Shown one piece after another: positions 56,295 to 64,000 of a stretch of DNA of 64,000 bases; the stretch's first letter is position 1; every line of letters begins with the position of its first letter. The position numbers and the translations under genes were made by a program. Source of the stretch: Actinomycetes bacterium (lineage in GTDB: Bacteria; Actinomycetota; Acidimicrobiia; Acidimicrobiales; SZUA-35); the NCBI GenBank assembly GCA_024276425.1, contig JAJRXF010000188.1, forward strand, positions 5,545-69,544. The letters are read 5' to 3'. A model generated the notes under the pieces. That model saw only the letters and a program-made list of their open reading frames with translations. It was not told where the DNA came from and searched no databases.

Positions 56295-57563
56295 CTAGGA
56301 CAGCTCTTCTCGAGCCTCGGACATGTTGGCCCCTCGGGCAATAAGTTGCTTGGCCTTGATGGCATGCCGAGGTCGATTCCATGCCATCGCCCCAATCAGT
56401 TCGCCTCGCTCCCCCGCGTAGAGCTGTACAAAGCGCCGTTCGGGAATTGAGCCGTGAACAACCTCAGCCCGAGCACTCGGGAATCCGGCAAGCTGAATCT
56501 TTCGATCGTACTGGTCCGACCAGAACCAGGGAGTTGGAGCATAGGGCTCCACCGCGTCGTCCCTTGACCAGGCGAGGAGTCTGCCACCAACGTAGCCGCC
56601 CTGTTCAACGGCATTGTCCCATTGCTCAACCCGCATGAGCTTGCCCTCAAAGCGGGAGTTCGGCCAGCGGGCGACATCGCCTGCAGCCACTACACCCGGA
56701 GCCGCCATGCATGTGTCATCACACACGACACCGTTGTCAAGAGTCAATCCGGAACGAGCAAGCCATTCGGTGGAAGGGACTACCCCAATTCCAACGACGA
56801 CCACATCGGATTCGATCGCGGACCCATCACTCAAGACAACCCTCTCTACTCCACCGCTTTGGGCTGTGTCTCCTCCGTTGTCGTCTCCGTCCTGGCCACC
56901 GGCGACTCCCCCTTCGATCTTGGCCACACCAACACCAAGCCTGACATCAACTCCATGGTCGCGATGGAGATCGGCTATAGCCATTCCTGTCTCATGGTCC
57001 AAGACCCGAGCCAATGGTGACTGGGCTGCCTCGATCATCGTGACCTCATGCCCGAGTTCACGGGCGGTCGCCGCCACCTCGGCTCCAATGAAGCCAGCAC
57101 CAATCACACAAACCCGGCGGCTCTGACCCTCCAAATCGGACCGGAGCGCTCGGGCGTGGTCCAGGGTTCGTAGAACATGAACTCCGGTAAGCTCGCAGCC
57201 ATCAATTGTCCGCGGCCGAGCACCAGTGGCAATGACCAAACCGTCATAGGACAGAGTCTCTTGTCCATCGTCGCCAAGGATGACCTGGCGTTGTTCAAGA
57301 TCGAGCCCCGTCGCCTTGTGCCCCAGCTTCCAGTTGAACTGAAACTCATCCGGATCGACCGCGCCCCGAAGTCTCAGCTTCGCCTCATCCCAGGTGCCAG
57401 CCAAGAACCGTTTGGAAAGAGGCGGCCGATCATAGGGATAGTGTGGTTCGGACCCGACCAGAGTCAGGTCTCCATCAAAGCCGCTGCGGCGCAGGGTTTG
57501 GGCTGCCTGGAGGCCAGCCAGGGAGGCTCCAACCACGACGACACTGGACAGCCGATTCGACAC
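56295..57563 (-). CDS. FAD-dependent ferredoxin reductase (pyridine nucleotide-disulfide oxidoreductase family)
   Basis: VVVVGASLAGL (FAD GxGxxG), YDRPPLSK, VCVIGAGFIGAE (NAD), AAGDVA. Confidence 0.88.
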   Translation of the reverse strand: MSNRLSSVVVVGASLAGLQAAQTLRRSGFDGDLTLVGSEPHYPYDRPPLSKRFLAGTWDEAKLRLRGAVDPDEFQFNWKLGHKATGLDLEQRQVILGDDGQETLSYDGLVIATGARPRTIDGCELTGVHVLRTLDHARALRSDLEGQSRRVCVIGAGFIGAEVAATARELGHEVTMIEAAQSPLARVLDHETGMAIADLHRDHGVDVRLGVGVAKIEGGVAGGQDGDDNGGDTAQSGGVERVVLSDGSAIESDVVVVGIGVVPSTEWLARSGLTLDNGVVCDDTCMAAPGVVAAGDVARWPNSRFEGKLMRVEQWDNAVEQGGYVGGRLLAWSRDDAVEPYAPTPWFWSDQYDRKIQLAGFPSARAEVVHGSIPERRFVQLYAGERGELIGAMAWNRPRHAIKAKQLIARGANMSEAREELS

Positions 57564-57579
57564 TGGTGTTCGCTCCCAA

Positions 57580-57774
57580 TTACTCAGTTATGACCTGGAT
57601 GGCCTGCTTCGGGCACCGTTCAGCCGCTATGAGCACGCTTTCGCTTTGATCCTCGCTTGGATTCTCCGTCAGGAGATACAGGAAGTCGTCGTCTCGCACC
57701 TCAAACACATCGGGAGCGACCTCCATACATATTGCGTTGCTTTCACATAGGTCATAGTCGACCACAATCTTCAT
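57580..57774 (-). CDS. Small ferredoxin (single-cluster 3Fe-4S/4Fe-4S type)
   Basis: 64 aa. DYDLCESNAICMEVAP...AAERCPKQAI is the Cys pattern of actinobacterial P450-partner-type ferredoxins. Confidence 0.8.
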   Translation of the reverse strand: MKIVVDYDLCESNAICMEVAPDVFEVRDDDFLYLLTENPSEDQSESVLIAAERCPKQAIQVITE

Positions 57775-57827
57775 AGTTCACACCTCATTGTCGCCCGACC
57801 AGTTTGGCACAAACCAGGCCCGGCCAC

Positions 57828-58595
57828 CTAGAAGCGGGTGTAGCCACCGTCCATGATAATCTCGTCCCCTGTGTGATACATCTGGGTTGGGTCGGCCACA
57901 AAGGCGGCCACCGAGGCGAAGTCTTCTGGCTTGCCCCAACGCCGGATCGGGGTGCGCGCGGTGGTGTTGGTGAGAAAACGTTCGTTGGCCCGCCCCTTTT
58001 CGGTCATCTCCGTCTCGGTCCACCCAGGGACAATCGAGTTCGCCCGGATCCCGTACCGCGCCAGTTCTACTGCAAGCCCGCGAACCATGGCCAGAACTCC
58101 GGCCTTGCTGGAGGCATAGGCTTGGGCGGTTGGTGCACCATGGATGGCTGACACAGAGGAAACTGCAACCAACGAACCTCCCTCACCCCGCTCGACCATG
58201 TGTCTGGCCCCCTCCCTAAGTGTCACAAAAGCACCTTCGAGATTGACCGACATCACTCGACGCCATTCATCCAAGGTCGCCTCAAGAAAGGGACCACCAC
58301 CAGAAACTCCAGCATTGGCCATGACCGAATCAATACGACCCATATTCTCAACGGCACCAGCCATCGCGTCGACCACTGCGGACTCATCACGAACGTCAAC
58401 CGGCTGAGCGAGAACCTCCGGGGCGACATCAAGCGAACGCAAGTGGGCTTCCGCCCGAGCGAGCTTGTACTGGTTTGTTCCCCAGATGACGATGTCCGCC
58501 CCTGCTCGGGCACACCCCTCAGCCATCCCGAGGCCGATGCCGCCGTTACCACCAGTTATGAGGACAACACGTCCGCGAAGATTAGTCATGACCAC
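57828..58595 (-). CDS. Short-chain dehydrogenase/reductase (SDR)
   Basis: ITGGNGGIGLG cofactor motif, NAG, catalytic YASSKAG. Confidence 0.88.
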   Translation of the reverse strand: MVMTNLRGRVVLITGGNGGIGLGMAEGCARAGADIVIWGTNQYKLARAEAHLRSLDVAPEVLAQPVDVRDESAVVDAMAGAVENMGRIDSVMANAGVSGGGPFLEATLDEWRRVMSVNLEGAFVTLREGARHMVERGEGGSLVAVSSVSAIHGAPTAQAYASSKAGVLAMVRGLAVELARYGIRANSIVPGWTETEMTEKGRANERFLTNTTARTPIRRWGKPEDFASVAAFVADPTQMYHTGDEIIMDGGYTRF

Positions 58596-58666
58596 AGTAT
58601 GCCTGGGTATCCCCTACGCCTGGGCATCCCCTACGCCTGGGTATTCCGTAATAATCTGAACAAGTA

Positions 58667-60427
58667 GTGAACGAGGGAACAGCTCAGACCCAACCGCGGT
58701 TGAATCCAACCATGTCCGACGCGTCTCAAAGCCGCTCCTCCTCGGAGTCCCTCAAATCTCCGTCAGGCCCAACCTCAGCCGAAGCTGGCATCTCCCGGCC
58801 GAAGGCTATCGTTGCCGGCGTACTCGCTGGAGCTGCGGCCCTGTCCCTTGGTGAGCTGGCCGGAGCTATTGGCGCCCCTCGTCCCGGACCCGTGACTGCC
58901 GTTTCTAACCGAGTCGTCGATCGCGCTCCAACCTGGTTTGTGAACTTTGGGAAGTCGGTGTTTGGTCTGGCCGACAAACCCGCCCTCTTGCTCGGAACAG
59001 TCATGATCTCCCTGGTGGCCGCTGCCCTACTTGGGTTGATTTCTCGGCGTAGGCCAACCATCGGAGTCATTGGAATTGTTGTGTTCGGACTTGTCGGGCT
59101 GTTGGCAATGGCGGCCGATGCTCAGGCTGGAGTTGTCTCCGGGATTATTGTCAATACCGTTGCTGTCACCGCCGGCGTCAGCGTACTTTTGGTCATGTTT
59201 GGGCTCGCCGCATCGAGCGGCTCACCAACCCCAGGTCCAACTGCCCTTCCGGTCGAAGCTTCTCGTTCAATATCGCCTCCCATATCGCCTCACCCCAGCG
59301 GTGATGGCGAGGACCTGGCCCTCGACATGCCGACCAACCCTGCCGTTGCCCGCCGATCGTTCCTTGGCTTTAGCGCCGTGGTCGGTGCTGGTTCCGTTCT
59401 GGGAGGGCTGGCCGCTCGATCATTGCGAAACCGTACGTCGGCTGGCGAAGCGCGAGCCGCAGTGCAGATCATTGAGTCAGACATAGCGGCCAAAGTCGAA
59501 GAGCAAGTCGTCGTTGCTGGCGCAACAGATGTGGCGAGCACTCCTGGGATTACACCCATTGTCGTGCCTGCCGAAAACTTCTACCGCATCGACACCGCGT
59601 TGCTGGTACCCCAGGTCGACCCCGCAACCTGGAAACTGACCATCAAGGGAATGGTCGACAACGAGTTGACCTTTACCTACGACGAGTTGCTGGAACGAGC
59701 TGAGACAGTCGAGCCAGTCACCCTATCGTGTGTCTCGAACGAGGTCGGTGGAGGCCTCGTCGGCAACGCGATATGGCAGGGAATTCCCCTTGCCGAGCTA
59801 TTAGACGAGGCTGGCGTTCAACCAGGAGCTACCCAGATCAGCAGCCGCTCAGTCGATGGTTGGGATTGCGGTTTTCCTACCGAGGCCGCCTATGACGGCC
59901 GTACTGCCCTTGTTGCGGTAGCCATGAACGGCGAGCCACTGCCCATCGAGCACGGCTTTCCAGTTCGACTAGTTGTTAGTGGTCTCTATGGTTATGTCTC
60001 GGCCACCAAATGGCTCTCGGAAATAGAACTCACAACCATCGAAGACTTCAATGGGTATTGGATTCCTCGTGGCTGGTCTAAGGCTGGACCAATCAAAACC
60101 CAGTCCCGGATCGACACTCCTCGTCGGTTCGCCACCGTTGGGGTTGGAAGCCCCATCCCGATTGCCGGGGTTGCTTGGGCTCCCAACCTAGGAATCACCA
60201 AGGTTGAGGTGCAAGTCGATGATGGACCTTGGCTTGAAGCGACGCTGGGTGAGTCCCTTGGCATCAATGCCTGGCGCCAATGGCTGGTGTCCTGGACCCC
60301 AACCGCTGGGGACCATCAAATCCGAGTCCGTGCCACTGATGGCAGCGGGGCTACCCAGACCGAACAACGTACAGCGGTGGCACCGAACGGAGCCAGCGGC
60401 TGGCACACGATCACCATTCGCACCTAG
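58667..60427 (+). CDS. Molybdopterin-dependent oxidoreductase (sulfite-oxidase fold) with a multi-pass membrane N-terminus
   Basis: Hydrophobic N-terminal about 200 aa. Then FYRIDTAL..., TLSCVSNEVGGGLVGNAIWQGIPL (Mo-Cys region) and a C-terminal Ig-like dimerisation-type segment. Confidence 0.8.
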   Translation: MNEGTAQTQPRLNPTMSDASQSRSSSESLKSPSGPTSAEAGISRPKAIVAGVLAGAAALSLGELAGAIGAPRPGPVTAVSNRVVDRAPTWFVNFGKSVFGLADKPALLLGTVMISLVAAALLGLISRRRPTIGVIGIVVFGLVGLLAMAADAQAGVVSGIIVNTVAVTAGVSVLLVMFGLAASSGSPTPGPTALPVEASRSISPPISPHPSGDGEDLALDMPTNPAVARRSFLGFSAVVGAGSVLGGLAARSLRNRTSAGEARAAVQIIESDIAAKVEEQVVVAGATDVASTPGITPIVVPAENFYRIDTALLVPQVDPATWKLTIKGMVDNELTFTYDELLERAETVEPVTLSCVSNEVGGGLVGNAIWQGIPLAELLDEAGVQPGATQISSRSVDGWDCGFPTEAAYDGRTALVAVAMNGEPLPIEHGFPVRLVVSGLYGYVSATKWLSEIELTTIEDFNGYWIPRGWSKAGPIKTQSRIDTPRRFATVGVGSPIPIAGVAWAPNLGITKVEVQVDDGPWLEATLGESLGINAWRQWLVSWTPTAGDHQIRVRATDGSGATQTEQRTAVAPNGASGWHTITIRT

Positions 60428-60517
60428 GGCATGGCTCGGGCCCCGGAGCCCTTCGCATTCGGGCCCAATCCTGTTTGGGGGCCATCGCTGTGATTCCCGC
60501 GCTGTAGTCTCCTCACC

Positions 60518-60865
60518 ATGCATCCGTTTCTTGTGGGACTTCAACCACTCGTGACAGAACTTGGTGGCGAGATTATTGCCGCCACCGATATCTCCGATGG
60601 TGACGTCCCGCTAGTGTGGGAGGGTGAGTTGGTTGGTGCCTACCGATCGGGCGGCCTTCGGGGTGCACTTGAGCGGCTCATCAAACAAGTTGAGCGAGAG
60701 ATGGGGGCTCCAATCGCCACCCTTGATCGCTCCTCGAAACAGGAGGTGGTTCGCAGGCTTGACGAGTTAGGTGCGTTCAGTCTCCGCAAAGCCGTCGAGG
60801 ACATCGCCGATCACCTTGAGGTCAGCCGCTTCACCGTATACAACTACTTGAATTCCCAGATCTGA
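60518..60865 (+). CDS. Helix-turn-helix protein (YheO-like C-terminal HTH type)
   Basis: 115 aa. SSKQEVVRRLDELGAFSLRKAVEDIADHLEVSRFTVYNYLN is an HTH at the extreme C-terminus. Confidence 0.6.
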   Translation: MHPFLVGLQPLVTELGGEIIAATDISDGDVPLVWEGELVGAYRSGGLRGALERLIKQVEREMGAPIATLDRSSKQEVVRRLDELGAFSLRKAVEDIADHLEVSRFTVYNYLNSQI

Positions 60866-60876
60866 GGTCCCGTGCC

Positions 60877-61128
60877 GTGCCTGAGCAAGCCAAGAATATC
60901 AAACTCGAATTCACCGTCGAACCGTTCGTCGACTCCAAACCCGGGCCCCATGTGAAAGCTGCCATTGCTGCAGCCAGCACCGACCCAGAACTTGTCGTCG
61001 ATGTTGGCCCCTTCGGAACAATTGTTGATGGCGAAAGAGACCGGGTTCTGTCGATTACCCAGGAGATACTAACTGCCGCTTTTTCCACCGGTGCCTCACG
61101 AGTCAGCCTTCAACTGACAGCGGACTGA
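60877..61128 (+). CDS. MTH1187/YkoF-like small (thiamine-binding-fold) protein, tentative
   Basis: 83 aa. LEFTVEPFVDSKPGPHVKAAI...VGPFGTIVDG resembles the DUF77 family pattern. Confidence 0.45.
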   Translation: MPEQAKNIKLEFTVEPFVDSKPGPHVKAAIAAASTDPELVVDVGPFGTIVDGERDRVLSITQEILTAAFSTGASRVSLQLTAD

Positions 61129-61254
61129 GGTTGCAAAAAGGGAAGTAAATGGTCAGAAGAAATCTGGCTCAATCTCAATAAGAAGAAAGATCTTGCTCGC
61201 TGGCCGGTAGCTTGACCTGAGCGCTCACGGACAAAGACGCTCGGAGGTTCAAAG

Positions 61255-61767
61255 ATGACCGCAGCCGACCAGGATCGAGAAGTTCTCGATTGGGAAACCT
61301 ACGGAACAGCGGCTCGCGAACTCGCCGCCATGGTGGCCGATAGTGGATTCAGACCGGACATGATTCTTGCCATCGCTCGGGGAGGCTTGTTTGTCGCTGG
61401 ATCCCTTGGGTATGCACTATCAGTGAAGAACCTCTATGTGATGAACCTTGAGTTCTATTCCGGTGTTGATGCCCGGCTGGACGTTCCAATCATGCTTCCT
61501 CCCTATTTTGACAAGGTCGACCTGACCGGTGCAAGAATTCTGGTGGCCGATGACGTTGCTGATACCGGTCACACGCTCAAGGCGGTGCATGAGTTCTGCC
61601 AGGATGTCGTTGCCGAGTCCCGAACCGCAGTCTTATACCAGAAGTCTCATTCATTGGTCACCTGCGACTATGTCTGGAAGCACACCGACCAGTGGATCAA
61701 TTTTCCTTGGTCAACAGAAGATCCCCTCGTCGAGCCAGCGGACGGAAACATAGTCCTCGACGCCTAA
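61255..61767 (+). CDS. Phosphoribosyltransferase (purine PRT-like)
   Basis: PRPP-binding loop ILVADDVADTGHTL; 170 aa. Confidence 0.8.
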   Translation: MTAADQDREVLDWETYGTAARELAAMVADSGFRPDMILAIARGGLFVAGSLGYALSVKNLYVMNLEFYSGVDARLDVPIMLPPYFDKVDLTGARILVADDVADTGHTLKAVHEFCQDVVAESRTAVLYQKSHSLVTCDYVWKHTDQWINFPWSTEDPLVEPADGNIVLDA

Positions 61768-61846
61768 GGTCATACGAGGTTGAAAATGACGCGACTCCCT
61801 CCGGTCGATACGGTGTCCGTAAAAGCCGTGCGATAGGGGGAAACGT

Positions 61847-62221
61847 ATGCATCAGGCCCGTTCGAAGGAGACAACGGTTCTTGTCCTCGAAGATGAACCG
61901 ACTCTTCTTGATCTCATTACCGAGATGCTCTCCCTCAATGGTCTCGAAGTAACGGCCGCCAAGAATGCGGCCGAAGCCCGCGGCCATCTTTCTCGGACAA
62001 CGTTCGACCTTTTTCTTACCGACATCGTTGTACAAGGTGAGTTTTCAGGGGCCGATCTTGCCCGTGAAGCCCAGGAGCAAGGACAAACCCGTCGAGTTGT
62101 TGTCATGTCTGGCCATCCCAAGCACCGGGCTCTCGCTGGTCACGAAGGGGCGGCCGGGCTCGAGTTTCTCAAGAAGCCGTTCTCCTACCGCGAACTTCTC
62201 CAGGTCGTGACCCCCGAATAG
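61847..62221 (+). CDS. Single-domain response regulator (receiver only)
   Basis: VLVLEDEPTL..., FDLFLTDIVV (phospho-Asp), VVVMSGH, LKKPF. Confidence 0.85.
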   Translation: MHQARSKETTVLVLEDEPTLLDLITEMLSLNGLEVTAAKNAAEARGHLSRTTFDLFLTDIVVQGEFSGADLAREAQEQGQTRRVVVMSGHPKHRALAGHEGAAGLEFLKKPFSYRELLQVVTPE

Positions 62222-62519
62222 GACCACAGCCACACTCCTCTCTCCGTTTCGATCGTGGCCTCGTCTTCGGAACGCCGGCGCGTGCTCGTCGTACCTTGCA
62301 CGACGGCGAAACGCTACTGGTTGACTCAGGTGATTCTTCAACAATTCGAAAACTGGCCGCTGACCTCCTCGGGCTGTGGGCTAACCGGGCCGCTTTGAGT
62401 CATGGGGCCACCGTTTGATCGTGACCGAGTGACCGAGTGACCAGCACCAGTGGGCCCCATTACTGGCTCCAATCGGGCCACATCTCAGTAGGATCCAACC
62501 CCCTGCTGGGTTTGGTTGA

Positions 62520-63335
62520 ATGAACCTCACCCACAACGGGTCCCCAGCAGAATGGCAAGAAGTCTGTGATCGACTAGGGGCGCTGAACGTCCCATGGCAG
62601 GCAATTCCCGGAAACCATGATCGAGGTATCCAAGAAATTGCCGGCAACCGGATTGTTGACAGCGGCCCACTTCGCCTCGTGCTACTGGACACGAGCAACG
62701 ATGTGTTCACCGAAGAAGACGAAGGGTGGCTTGACACCCAGCTAGCCACCGACACAAAAACTCCAACAGTGATTGCTATTCATCAACCACCGTTCGAGAC
62801 CGGGATCTGGTGGATGGACTGTGTTGGCCGCAAGGGCCCTGACCGTTTGGAACGCGTTGTTCGCAATCACCCTCAGGTCATCAAGGTTTTGTGCGGTCAT
62901 GTTCACCGCCTGATCCAGTCCAATTGGGGTTCCTGCTCGTTGTGGGCGTGCCCATCAACTTCACCCGCCGTAGCGGTCGACCTGGACCCAGATCATGCTC
63001 CCGCCGAATCAGCAGAGCTTCCAACGTTCAGTCTTCATGCCTGGACCGGGAGCGCAATGGCCTCACATATTGTGCCGATTGGATCACCCAGTGTTCGCTC
63101 ACCAATCGATCTAGTCGCCCCAGACTTTGTCCAATGGGTGCGGGGTGTTCAGTCGAAAAGAAGCAGCTGTTCCAGTGACAAGTCGCACCAACCGAAGAAG
63201 ATGGAGAGATCGACGTCAACCTTCTCGTTTCCGACCCGCACGCCATCAATGGCACCCATCCCTGCCACACCATCATCGGTTGCTACCAGCGAAGACTCAG
63301 ACCAGCAAGTTGCTGAAATGCCGGATCTTTGCTGA
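62520..63335 (+). CDS. CpdA-like metallophosphoesterase lacking N-terminal metal-binding motifs I-II (possible pseudogene)
   Basis: Retains IPGNHD, IHQPP and CGHVH. It begins at MNLTHNG, where family members have GDL..(D/N)G, and an in-frame TGA lies immediately upstream. The C-terminal about 70 aa are low complexity and overlap vapC. Confidence 0.6.
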   Translation: MNLTHNGSPAEWQEVCDRLGALNVPWQAIPGNHDRGIQEIAGNRIVDSGPLRLVLLDTSNDVFTEEDEGWLDTQLATDTKTPTVIAIHQPPFETGIWWMDCVGRKGPDRLERVVRNHPQVIKVLCGHVHRLIQSNWGSCSLWACPSTSPAVAVDLDPDHAPAESAELPTFSLHAWTGSAMASHIVPIGSPSVRSPIDLVAPDFVQWVRGVQSKRSSCSSDKSHQPKKMERSTSTFSFPTRTPSMAPIPATPSSVATSEDSDQQVAEMPDLC

Positions 63336-63675
63336 CGAGGACCGCGTTCTCACGGATGGCCTGCGCCGCCAACATCCGATCGAACGGGTCGCGATGACTC
63401 CAGGACAGATTTCCTGCGGCAAGGGCGTGCTCGCCGGTCACGGGCATGTCGATCGCTCCGAGTCGGTTAACGATGGACTGGTAGTTGGCCACGATCGGCT
63501 CGGCTTCTGGGAACTTGCCGAGCCTCACCTTTGTGCTTAGTTCCCATGCCGTTGCTGCTGACACCACCAGCTCATTGGTAGCATCCTCGATGAGTTCAAC
63601 TGTTTCGGCACCTAGTCGTCTTGGGTCGGAAATGGCCCAGACAAAGGCATGGGTGTCGAGAATTACCAGCGTCAT
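63283..63675 (-). CDS. vapC: PIN-domain toxin (VapC family)
   Basis: LVILDTHAFVW (first acidic residue), TAWELSTK, HRDPFDRMLAAQA. The ATG at 63675 forms an ATGA overlap with the antitoxin stop. Confidence 0.88.
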   Translation of the reverse strand: MTLVILDTHAFVWAISDPRRLGAETVELIEDATNELVVSAATAWELSTKVRLGKFPEAEPIVANYQSIVNRLGAIDMPVTGEHALAAGNLSWSHRDPFDRMLAAQAIRENAVLVSKDPAFQQLAGLSLRW

Positions 63676-63896
63676 TCCCACTCCTCCAGGTCAGGACCAG
63701 ACAATGGATCAAAGAGGGCGTCCTCGATGTCAAGCTCCATAAATCCGAGCTGTCGATTCGGCGGGGTGTTCACCGCGCTCAGCTTCGCTACGGGCCGGCC
63801 GGATCGTGCGATAATCACTTCTTGACCACCCTGGGCTGCATCGAGCAACTCTGAGAGCTTTGCTTTGGCCTCGGAGATATTCATCTGAATCACCAT
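63672..63896 (-). CDS. Phd/YefM-type antitoxin
   Basis: 74 aa. NISEAKAKLSELLDAAQGGQEVIIARSGRPVAKL is the Phd/YefM N-terminal fold signature. Directly upstream of, and coupled to, the PIN gene. Confidence 0.85.
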   Translation of the reverse strand: MVIQMNISEAKAKLSELLDAAQGGQEVIIARSGRPVAKLSAVNTPPNRQLGFMELDIEDALFDPLSGPDLEEWE

Positions 63897-63902
63897 CCAT
63901 CG

Positions 63903-63938
63903 ATCATATCTGACTTGGTCAGATAGACCAAGTCAGAT
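63903..63938 (-). promoter_or_regulatory. Putative TA promoter/operator: -35 TTGGTC, 17-nt spacer, -10 TATGAT, ATG 6 nt after the -10, overlapped by a perfect 13-bp inverted repeat with a 5-bp spacer
   Basis: Plus-strand arms ATCTGACTTGGTC (63908..63920) and GACCAAGTCAGAT (63926..63938) are exact reverse complements. On the minus strand TATGAT is 63908..63903 and TTGGTC is 63931..63926. No SD precedes the ATG at 63896. Confidence 0.55.
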
Positions 63939-64000
63939 CATCAAGACCTGGCGATGACGAGTGTGAGCCCTCGCAAGTCTGGTCTTTTGGCTAAGAGATA

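Noticed and set aside
60841-60900. Possible TPP riboswitch upstream of the YkoF/MTH1187-like (thiamine-binding-fold) gene
   Set aside because: The spacer is only 11 nt, and the surrounding sequence lacks the CUGAGA / ACCUGAUCUGGAUAAUGCCAGCG-type conserved elements.

Overview
High-GC, densely coding chromosomal segment that looks actinobacterial. The evidence is small-ribosomal-protein genes of the bS22 and bL37 type, an Rpf transglycosylase, KorAB, and the conserved blocks rsmI-metG-tatD-rpf-rsmA-ispE and prs-ctc-pth-mfd. I support about 63 protein-coding genes, one tRNA-Gln(UUG), several in-frame tandem repeats and one toxin-antitoxin module with an operator palindrome.

Content is mostly housekeeping:
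- translation and ribosome biogenesis
- 2-oxoglutarate:ferredoxin oxidoreductase
- a complete dTDP-rhamnose operon (rmlCBDA)
- aminopeptidase N
- a glutamine-transaminase/omega-amidase-type pair
- three c-di-GMP (GGDEF/EAL) proteins
- a two-component system
- a MocR regulator with a divergent aminotransferase
- a ferredoxin/ferredoxin-reductase pair
- a VapBC-type TA pair at the right edge

I saw no rRNA, CRISPR array, transposase, integrase or recognisable defence island, and no convincing novel multi-gene system.

The items most worth a second look are:
- two very small basic ORFs missing from the ORF track (bS22-like 25119..25217, bL37-like 37630..37713)
- a 589-bp non-coding gap upstream of a GGDEF-EAL gene
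- a proline-rich protein carrying four tandem-repeat families
- a PEP-utilizing swivel-domain protein without an ATP-grasp module
- a queuosine-salvage-like gene next to a phospho-sugar mutase
- graded degeneracy of the three EAL domains
- a decayed CpdA-like phosphoesterase
- a leaderless-looking TA promoter overlapped by a perfect 13-bp inverted repeat

All function calls come from reading motifs in the supplied translations. No database search was run.
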